Below, piece by piece: positions 40,853 through 48,322 of a stretch of 64,000 nt of DNA; positions within the stretch are counted from its first letter, which is position 1, and each line of letters starts with the position of its first letter. The position numbers and the translations under genes were made by a program. Source of the stretch: a virus; IMG/VR virus record IMGVR_UViG_3300025450_000015, positions 64,001 to 128,000 of that record. One strand, written 5' to 3'. The notes beneath the pieces are model-generated. The model was not told where the DNA came from, searched no databases, and saw only the letters and a list, made by a program, of their open reading frames with translations.

Positions 40853-41848
40853 ATGAATTTAACTCAAAATTTAATACAGTTTCAACATTCGCAGTTGATA
40901 GCACTAGATATAAAATTTACTGACACTGGATTTCAGTGGACAGTATTTGATGCCTATAAAAAATCAGAATTGCAGTTGGAATGGGCTAGTTTAGCAGATA
41001 ATACCGTTACTGCTAGAAAAGTAGCCGGAGTTAGATATCCAAGCCCTGCTGACGAATTTGCATGGGAAACAGAAACACATAGAGTTTATAGTCAAACTTC
41101 AGGAGTCTATCCTGGTGTAACAGCAGGAATTTCTGGAGAAATAAATTGGACAGATATTACCAACAATGAGGGATTTTCAGATCATGCTATTTTTGCAATC
41201 ACTCACCCAGCTGACCAAGTTACTGTAAGAAATTTAAATGTAAGATACGTTCAACAAACTGCTTTGAATACAAGAACAGGTATCCCATTATACAATTTAG
41301 TAGCCAATTCACAACTACATAAGAAAAATCCAGTTAGGGCAATGTCTTTGCAAAAGAATAGTCCTATGATTTTAATTTCTATTCCGTTTGCAGAAATGAA
41401 TCCATCAGATTGGAACATGATGGTTGCGTTGGGCGATAGCGATCCTGGCCTAGTAAGAATATCGTCAGGCGAACAATTCACAAATGTAATCACCGACGAG
41501 CTTGGCAGAATCGTATATACTATGCCAAAAGTTTATTTTACAAATAAGACTGCTACTGTCAGCCCAGACGGCTATGTCGATTTACCGTTTTACTTAGGAA
41601 CTCCTACCGATTTAAATCCCCCAGCAAAAACAAGCTCTGAGCATGGATTGCCTATAACGGATCACAATGCAACTATATATTTAAAAACTACGGCAGGTCA
41701 CTTGAATAAACAACAAGTACAAACAGTCAACGGTGTAGGAACTGTTCGTTTAATTGCAACACATCTTGTTCCAGGTGACACTATCACAGTAAGTTGTGGT
41801 TTTCAATATTGGTCAGGATCAGACGACTGCGTTATAACCGTACAATAA
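40853..41848 (+). CDS. Hypothetical protein with possible C-terminal Ig-like domain; radical SAM cassette partner
   Basis: 13 nt after the rSAM stop; beta-strand-rich C-terminus (IYLKTTAGHL...GTVRLIA...GDTITVSCGF); TAAATA at 40820-40825 upstream. Confidence 0.65.
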   Translation: MNLTQNLIQFQHSQLIALDIKFTDTGFQWTVFDAYKKSELQLEWASLADNTVTARKVAGVRYPSPADEFAWETETHRVYSQTSGVYPGVTAGISGEINWTDITNNEGFSDHAIFAITHPADQVTVRNLNVRYVQQTALNTRTGIPLYNLVANSQLHKKNPVRAMSLQKNSPMILISIPFAEMNPSDWNMMVALGDSDPGLVRISSGEQFTNVITDELGRIVYTMPKVYFTNKTATVSPDGYVDLPFYLGTPTDLNPPAKTSSEHGLPITDHNATIYLKTTAGHLNKQQVQTVNGVGTVRLIATHLVPGDTITVSCGFQYWSGSDDCVITVQ

Positions 41849-41855
41849 GGTTTTT

Positions 41856-43058
41856 ATGAAAATAGGCATTATAGGTAGTGGTACCGCCAGCGCCGTTTCA
41901 TTACTTGCAATTTTTGATAAATTTAAATTCCATAGATGCAAACACATAGATGTGTATTGCATATACAATCCTGACATTCCTGTAACTACTGTGGGCGAAA
42001 GTACTAGCCCTATAATGCCTAGTTTACTTTATCATGCTATTGATTTTTCTGTTACTGAAGAATTAAAAGAGTTCGATGGTACCCTTCGCTGGGGTACTCG
42101 TTACTACTGGGAAGATATTAATGATAAAAATTTCCTAGTAAGGCATGGACATACAGGATTGCATGTCAACAGTGAAAAATTTAGCGGATTTGTTATCAAC
42201 AAACTTGATAAATTATACGATAATTTTTTTCAAATACACGGTAATGTCTCAGACATAACACAAGATCATACTCACGTATCGATATTAGTCGACGGAGTGC
42301 AACATAAATTTGACTATATCATCGATTGTAGAGGATCACCGTCGGCCGAAGAAATGGATAGTGGACTATACGAATTTCCAAAATTTGAAACAGTTAACTC
42401 AGTAATACTATTTCCTGACTTTAAAGAGTATAACGAAGATTTAACAAGTGCATATCCACATGACGACGGCTGGATGTTTGGAGTACCATTAACTCATCGT
42501 AAAGCCTTTGGTTATCTATATAATAAAAATATAACAACTCAGGAAGAAGCGATTGAAAAATTTTCTAAATTAAAAAATATTGATGCTAGTAAATTAAGAA
42601 AATTTAGCTGGAGACAGTATTATAAAAAAGAAGCAATGAATGGACGCATATTATCCATGGGTAACAGACTATATTTTCTTGAACCTGCACAAGCATTGCC
42701 GTTACATTTTTATATAAATTTGTCTGTAGAGTTTATTGAAACATTAATTAAAGGTACTAATTTACAAACACCGCATTTTAATAGAGGAATTAATACTTCT
42801 TATCTTAAAAGTATGGAAGATATGTTGAATTTAGTTGCACTAAACTATGTAGGTCCTTGCAAAAAAGATACGCCTTTCTGGAATACAGTCACAGCACTGG
42901 CTAAAGAACGTTTACAAACATCGGAAAGATTTCAAAAATATGTAAGATTGTGTCAGCAGACTGGAGAATACGAGCAGTATTGGGCACACAATTCAGCCTT
43001 GATGAAAGAATATATCGAAGGCTTTGATATTAAACTAGATCAACTAAGTCAAATATAG
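41856..43058 (+). CDS. Tryptophan-halogenase-family flavoprotein (atypical active-site motifs)
   Basis: IGIIGSGTA FAD-binding start, TVGEST, DYIIDCRG, GWMFGVPL..RKAFGYLY and GNRLYFLEP. Confidence 0.85.
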   Translation: MKIGIIGSGTASAVSLLAIFDKFKFHRCKHIDVYCIYNPDIPVTTVGESTSPIMPSLLYHAIDFSVTEELKEFDGTLRWGTRYYWEDINDKNFLVRHGHTGLHVNSEKFSGFVINKLDKLYDNFFQIHGNVSDITQDHTHVSILVDGVQHKFDYIIDCRGSPSAEEMDSGLYEFPKFETVNSVILFPDFKEYNEDLTSAYPHDDGWMFGVPLTHRKAFGYLYNKNITTQEEAIEKFSKLKNIDASKLRKFSWRQYYKKEAMNGRILSMGNRLYFLEPAQALPLHFYINLSVEFIETLIKGTNLQTPHFNRGINTSYLKSMEDMLNLVALNYVGPCKKDTPFWNTVTALAKERLQTSERFQKYVRLCQQTGEYEQYWAHNSALMKEYIEGFDIKLDQLSQI

Positions 43059-43479
43059 TTTGTAATTTGGTACGAATAGTTTTACTGTTAAAACTATTAC
43101 GTAGTCCTTGATGTAAGGGTTTAGGTGTGCGATCTACAGTAGTCCAAGCCCAACCAATGTGTTCGTCACTCAAGACAGGAACAAACTCGTTATCTATTAC
43201 ACACAAATAAGTATGAAAATTAAATACTTTATCGTTACTGACAAATGTTTCTAATGGGATTGTTTTAATTATTTTAGGCACTGCACCTATTTCTTCTTTA
43301 ATTTCGCGTTGAAGACCTTGCCAAGGTGTTTCACCTATGATGTTTGTCCCGCCGACTAATCCCCACGTGCCTTCGTGTTTACCGTGACTTTTTTGAAGTA
43401 ATAAAAATCGTTGTGTAGATTTAGCATAAAATAATGCACCACTACAAACTATTCTATCTTTTACAATATTATTTTCCAT
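43030..43479 (-). CDS. NUDIX hydrolase
   Basis: Complete Nudix box G-TNIIG-E-TPWQGLQ-REIKEEIG; LSDEH..WAW. Confidence 0.92.
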   Translation of the reverse strand: MENNIVKDRIVCSGALFYAKSTQRFLLLQKSHGKHEGTWGLVGGTNIIGETPWQGLQREIKEEIGAVPKIIKTIPLETFVSNDKVFNFHTYLCVIDNEFVPVLSDEHIGWAWTTVDRTPKPLHQGLRNSFNSKTIRTKLQTIFDLVDLV

Positions 43480-44924
43480 TGGCCCACACCATATTCACCT
43501 TCAAAGCTCTTGACCCATGCAACCCCGTTCCACAAGTACTGAACTCCAGTGTATATATTCGTTTGCCATACCATAGTGTCTGATTCTAGAGCGGCATGAA
43601 AAATAACTTGCCATACTGAACCAGTATATTCTATAATGTCATTAGCATTAGCTACTAAACTGCCCCATACGACAGCAGGATTTGTATTAGTCGTGTTGCC
43701 TATATCTTCAATAATTAGATAACGTGTACCTGCTATTGGGTTGTTAGGTGTATAAGTTTGAGGATTAATAATGGCATCAAAAGTACCAGGGCTGTTTGGT
43801 CGATAACTAGTAGCGGCATTGTAATCTTTTACATCTGTACTTAAAAATCCGTTACTATCAATTCCAGTATTGCTAGTCAATGTATCTGTATTATAATTAA
43901 TTTGTAAAATTGCAGGATTTGTAGGATTAATAGCAATAGTACCTATAACGTAAGTCCCATTTGGTTGCAACAAATACAACATACTAGAACCTGCAACATA
44001 TTTTCCGGGGAATAAATTGAATACACTTTCCCAACTTTGAGGATTACTGATCGGAGTAGGAATAGTCAACGTCGGTTCTGGAGGATTAACACCTCCTCCT
44101 GATTCTAACAAAGTTGCCTGGCCGTCGTATACTGCTATAGGAAATCCTGTAACTGTAACATTTTCAGTAGCAAGCAAATTGCTAAATGACGGACTAGTGC
44201 CATCAGATTGTAGTGCAGGATCTATTCCTAATCCTTCAACATACCCAGACGGATAAGTTCCTTCGGACCCATAGACACTTGTAATAATTTTTGTAATAAC
44301 ACCAAGATGTTTGACCTTAACTGGAGGACTAATCCAGATAGGAGAATCTAAACTTAATGTTGCTATATCAATAGGAGTATCATTGCCGACAGGAACTTGT
44401 CTACTATCCCAAACGATATCTCCTAAATTAAGAACTGATAAACTAGTCCAGTCAATATAGTTGTCTGTGGTTTGCAATTCTAAACTAGGGTTGAATAACA
44501 CTAGTATTTGTTCTAATATTTGTAATTTTTGATCAGTACTGCTAGTCCAAATATCGCATTTCATCTTTAATTGAAAAGGAGTAGGCATCAAGCGTTCAAC
44601 TGTATAATTACGTCCTTGATTTCCGGTATAATTATTTCCGTTAATATCTCTTTCGCGAAAATGCAACTTGCCTACATAAGTTTGATCAGCTAACCTATTT
44701 CTATCTAGTTCTAAACCAGTTACATACACACTTATACGTGGAATACTATTAACAGCATTTTCACTGTTTTGACGTATGATGCTGGCCACTTGACGATCTG
44801 CATCGCCGTACATTACGGGTACTTGATGTAGTGTTCCATCTCCATATTTGACCACAAAATTACTGAGCACTCGTATAGTTTGTGTCAAATATCTTCTTAC
44901 TTGTCCGTCATAAAACCACTGCAT
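43461..44924 (-). CDS. Tail completion/sheath stabiliser (T4 gp15-like) with C-terminal extension
   Basis: FYD..RRY, VPVMYG, PRISV, P.P+.L...DIW...DQ.LQILEQILVLFNP, WISPP; adjacent to the neck genes. Confidence 0.8.
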   Translation of the reverse strand: MQWFYDGQVRRYLTQTIRVLSNFVVKYGDGTLHQVPVMYGDADRQVASIIRQNSENAVNSIPRISVYVTGLELDRNRLADQTYVGKLHFRERDINGNNYTGNQGRNYTVERLMPTPFQLKMKCDIWTSSTDQKLQILEQILVLFNPSLELQTTDNYIDWTSLSVLNLGDIVWDSRQVPVGNDTPIDIATLSLDSPIWISPPVKVKHLGVITKIITSVYGSEGTYPSGYVEGLGIDPALQSDGTSPSFSNLLATENVTVTGFPIAVYDGQATLLESGGGVNPPEPTLTIPTPISNPQSWESVFNLFPGKYVAGSSMLYLLQPNGTYVIGTIAINPTNPAILQINYNTDTLTSNTGIDSNGFLSTDVKDYNAATSYRPNSPGTFDAIINPQTYTPNNPIAGTRYLIIEDIGNTTNTNPAVVWGSLVANANDIIEYTGSVWQVIFHAALESDTMVWQTNIYTGVQYLWNGVAWVKSFEGEYGVGQWKIIL

Positions 44925-46384
44925 TATAGATCCGCCCTAGGTTTGAGAGCAGTTGATAAACTTGATCGTTGTGCATCTCGTGTATTATATAGTGTAACTG
45001 TCCATTGACCAGCAGTAGGTATGGTTTGTTGCGTGTTGTTTATAGTTGGCAATGTGATTCTTAAACAAGTTGTTTGTATTCCTGCTGGACTTGTATACAA
45101 ATATGAACTATACATTGTCGGATAATCACTTAATGCATATTCTAATTGCGTTACACCAAATTTAAATACTACATAAGGAATAGCATTGTTTGTTGCATAC
45201 AATATTCTAGTATTGATTTGTGTGTCGCCCAGTGCTAATGAAATCACATCACTTGATACTTGATCATTATAGGTATAATTTGTATTGTTGATAAAGCCAG
45301 TTTTTAATGTTGATCTTGTATCATTATTAGTCATATTCATTCTAACCGCATCTTCTACTTTAATCCATGCACTGCTTGGTCCGTCAAAACGAAATAATCT
45401 GTTAGGTAAGAAATCTGTTCTCAAGAAAAAATCATCTGTGCCTGGGTTTTCGGGAAATTGTATACCAAACCCAAATGCATTACCATTGGCAGGATACCCA
45501 TTACCAATTAAATATCCTGTGTATCCAGGACGAACTGGTTTAGCATTGTTTTCATTAGCAAGATAATTGATTTGGCTTGCATCTAATGTAGTTTCGTCAG
45601 CAGTCTCTAGTAAGGGTTTTCCAGTGGTTGGATCTACAGCCAAGGTGTAGAATTGTCTAGTTTCATATCCGCTCATAGGAGAATCTGCTTCTGCCTGTGC
45701 AACTATTTGTTGATTAATTTCCATCTCTTTGTTGAATGTACTCAACAAGTCTTTAAGAGTAACGTTAGCTCCAACAATTGGATCGCCATTGGCATCTGTA
45801 GCGGCTTGATTAAAAATTGATTGAAATTGTTGTTGATCGTTGATACGTTTAAGTTTTAATCTATATAGATGCGGAAACCACGTAACACTAAATCCTTCAC
45901 TTGCACGGCCTACATCGGTAACTTGATAATATCTAGGTAAACTTACATCAAAATCGTTTAGAGCAAAATCGTCACGTAGATGCGGCAATTCTAAAACATC
46001 TCCGCTAATAGGTTTACGTCCAATAGTTTTAATAATGTCATTAATATGAACAGTCATATACAACGTATCGTTATCAATAAACAATCCAAATTGACTTAAA
46101 TTAAAATCAATATTCTGTACGTTATACATGCCTCTAATTCTATACACTTCAGTTTCATACTTACTATCGCGATTTTCTAAAAAAAGCAAATCTTGAATGT
46201 TAGTAACATTATCATTTGGATAAAATGGCTGTTCGGCAGTGGCATTGGCTTCCTGGGTATTTGCACCCAACAATTTGTGCCAATAAACATCGGTTCCACC
46301 TACTGTGAACATTTCGCTAGCTTGACGATCTATAAATTGATAGTCGTTGCCTTTTTCTGGTTTGTATAAGGATAATCGTGGCAT
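44924..46384 (-). CDS. Neck/head-completion protein (T4 gp14-like)
   Basis: GTDVYWHK, LSQFGLFI.ND.L.+..H, GRKPISGDVLELP; located next to the gp13- and gp15-like genes. Confidence 0.72.
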   Translation of the reverse strand: MPRLSLYKPEKGNDYQFIDRQASEMFTVGGTDVYWHKLLGANTQEANATAEQPFYPNDNVTNIQDLLFLENRDSKYETEVYRIRGMYNVQNIDFNLSQFGLFIDNDTLYMTVHINDIIKTIGRKPISGDVLELPHLRDDFALNDFDVSLPRYYQVTDVGRASEGFSVTWFPHLYRLKLKRINDQQQFQSIFNQAATDANGDPIVGANVTLKDLLSTFNKEMEINQQIVAQAEADSPMSGYETRQFYTLAVDPTTGKPLLETADETTLDASQINYLANENNAKPVRPGYTGYLIGNGYPANGNAFGFGIQFPENPGTDDFFLRTDFLPNRLFRFDGPSSAWIKVEDAVRMNMTNNDTRSTLKTGFINNTNYTYNDQVSSDVISLALGDTQINTRILYATNNAIPYVVFKFGVTQLEYALSDYPTMYSSYLYTSPAGIQTTCLRITLPTINNTQQTIPTAGQWTVTLYNTRDAQRSSLSTALKPRADL

Positions 46385-46389
46385 ATTGA

Positions 46390-46409
46390 TATTTATCGTT
46401 AGCTAAATA
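46390..46409. promoter_or_regulatory. Back-to-back divergent late promoter cores
   Basis: TATTTA (minus-strand TAAATA) at 46390-46395 and TAAATA at 46404-46409, within the 43-bp gap between divergent neck genes. Confidence 0.65.
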
Positions 46410-46427
46410 TAGTAAGAGGACAAAAAT

Positions 46428-47213
46428 ATGGACGATTTGCCATCAAGTACGCAAAGCAATTCTACTCAAGAGCGAAATAAAGTGTTTGATTATATCAAAA
46501 CTATGCTGGGTGACGGCATGATTGATGTAGAGCTAGATAATAAACATCTAGAAATTGCGTTAGATCGTGCATTAAACCGCTATCGTCAACGTAGTCCAAA
46601 TGCTGTAGAAGAAAGCTATTTGTTTTTAGAACTAATACAGGATCAAAATGAATACAGATTACCTGACGAAGTTATTACGGTACGTCAGGTATTTCGTCGT
46701 GCTATCGGTTCCCGTACCGGTATTGGTGCTGGCGGCACATTATTTGAACCATTTAATTTGGCCTATACAAATACCTATTTAATGTCAGGTAGTATGATGG
46801 GCGGTCTAGCAACTTATGATGCGTTTGCTGGATATCAAAAGTTAGTAGGTCGTATGTTCGGTAGCTATATTGAATTTTTATGGAAACCAACTACGCATAT
46901 TTTAAATATTTTACAACGTCCTTTTGCCCAGGGTGAACAGATTCTTGTTCAAAGTTATAACTATCGTCCTGATTGGGTTTTACTACAGGATGTCTATGCT
47001 AAACAATGGTTAAAAGATTATGCACTTGCCACCGCCAAAGGTATGCTAGGGGAAGCTCGTAGCAAATTTGGTAGCATTGCAGGTCCTGGAAGTCCTATTA
47101 CTTTAAATGGAACCGCTTTGCTAACTGATTCAAAAGCTGAATTAGAAAAATTAGACAAAGAGATTGAGAATCTAATTTCTGGCGGAACGGGCTATTACTT
47201 TATAACTGGTTAA
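46428..47213 (+). CDS. Neck protein (T4 gp13-like)
   Basis: LGDGMIDVEL, WLKDYALATAKGMLGEARSKF and ITLNGTALL...ELEKL match the gp13-type pattern. Confidence 0.85.
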   Translation: MDDLPSSTQSNSTQERNKVFDYIKTMLGDGMIDVELDNKHLEIALDRALNRYRQRSPNAVEESYLFLELIQDQNEYRLPDEVITVRQVFRRAIGSRTGIGAGGTLFEPFNLAYTNTYLMSGSMMGGLATYDAFAGYQKLVGRMFGSYIEFLWKPTTHILNILQRPFAQGEQILVQSYNYRPDWVLLQDVYAKQWLKDYALATAKGMLGEARSKFGSIAGPGSPITLNGTALLTDSKAELEKLDKEIENLISGGTGYYFITG

Positions 47214-47221
47214 GAAATTTC

Positions 47222-47250
47222 TTGACCTTGTAATAAAACTGTTATATACT
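47222..47250 (+). promoter_or_regulatory. Sigma70-type promoter for the dNMP kinase gene
   Basis: TTGACC-N17-TATACT. Confidence 0.7.
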
Positions 47251-47272
47251 AGAGCTAATATTAGGGGGCTCT

Positions 47273-47983
47273 ATGATTATAGGTGTGTGTGGTTTTATTG
47301 GATCAGGCAAGGATACTATTGCTGATTATCTTACTAACTTTCACGGATTTAGACGAGAATCGTTTGCAAATTCATTAAAAGATGCAGTGGCACAAGTGTT
47401 TGGTTGGGACCGTACTATGCTGGAAGGCCGCACTAAACAAGCTCGTGAATGGCGCGAACAAGTAGATCCGTGGTGGGCAGAACGTTTAAGTATGCCAGAA
47501 TTAACTCCACGCTGGGTATTACAATACTGGGGTACCGAAGTTTGTCGCAAGGCTTTCCATGATGATATTTGGATTGCTTCATTAGAGAATAAACTACGCA
47601 ACTCAAAAGATGACATAGTTATTAGTGACTGCCGTTTTCCTAATGAAATTAAATCAATTAAAGATGCCGGCGGAATTGTTATTCGTGTAAAGCGTGGTCC
47701 AGAACCCGACTGGTATCGAGATGCCGCTGATATGAACGCTGGCGACAAATGTATAAATTGGATGCTAGCTAAAACTAGAATGGAAAAACTAGGAATTCAT
47801 GCTAGTGAAACTGCTTGGGTTGGAACTAAGTTTGATTATGTGTTTTCTAATGATAGTAGCATTGATGATTTATACGCTCAAGTAAAAACTCTCATAAATC
47901 CGGAACAAGATCCCCTTGCCGCCATTGAACACCTTCTCGATGAAGAACCCGTTGACAATTGGCGCACACAGTCTTTAAGTTAG
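47273..47983 (+). CDS. Deoxynucleoside monophosphate kinase (T4 gp1-like)
   Basis: GFIGSGKDT P-loop, FANSLKD, TPRWVLQYWGTE, ISDCRFPNE and HASE. Confidence 0.93.
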   Translation: MIIGVCGFIGSGKDTIADYLTNFHGFRRESFANSLKDAVAQVFGWDRTMLEGRTKQAREWREQVDPWWAERLSMPELTPRWVLQYWGTEVCRKAFHDDIWIASLENKLRNSKDDIVISDCRFPNEIKSIKDAGGIVIRVKRGPEPDWYRDAADMNAGDKCINWMLAKTRMEKLGIHASETAWVGTKFDYVFSNDSSIDDLYAQVKTLINPEQDPLAAIEHLLDEEPVDNWRTQSLS

Positions 47984-48218
47984 TTTGTTTACAATTATCT
48001 AAATTTCCATCAATGTGGAACACATTAAATACTTCTTTGTGCGGGCTTTTAAACCCGCATTTGTCGCAAGTATGTTTTAGTTTGTATCCAGCCTGCTGCC
48101 ATCTAGGCAGTTTGACACCTCGTAGGCAGTTACCGCACAGGCTTCTGTAATAAGTCTGTCCGTTTTTATAATAATTGATGGCTACCGGTGCCCTTCCGCA
48201 TGAACATAATGGTCTCAT
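47892..48218 (-). CDS. Zn-binding HNH-endonuclease-like protein
   Basis: CSCG, CGNC, CDKC and CANC pairs with HIDGNLDNCKQTNLKTVCANC; minus-strand TAAATA 4 nt upstream of the ATG. Confidence 0.75.
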   Translation of the reverse strand: MRPLCSCGRAPVAINYYKNGQTYYRSLCGNCLRGVKLPRWQQAGYKLKHTCDKCGFKSPHKEVFNVFHIDGNLDNCKQTNLKTVCANCQRVLHREGVQWRQGDLVPDL

Positions 48219-48322
48219 ATTTTATTTAAGCCTTTTTAGAGCCTTTTTGTAGGCTTATATAAGCATTGATTTACCAAAATGCCATAAATACATTAAGAAC
48301 ATGTACTCATGGAGATAACACA

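Noticed and set aside
48229-48264. Short direct repeat AGCCTTTTT x2 and AGCCT/AGGCT hairpin between the HNH and sheath genes
   Set aside because: Too short and AT-rich to support a function.
48266-48322. 5' extension of the sheath ORF in the track
   Set aside because: It starts at a non-ATG codon upstream of the promoter motif. The SD and the conserved SPG N-terminus indicate a start at 48323.
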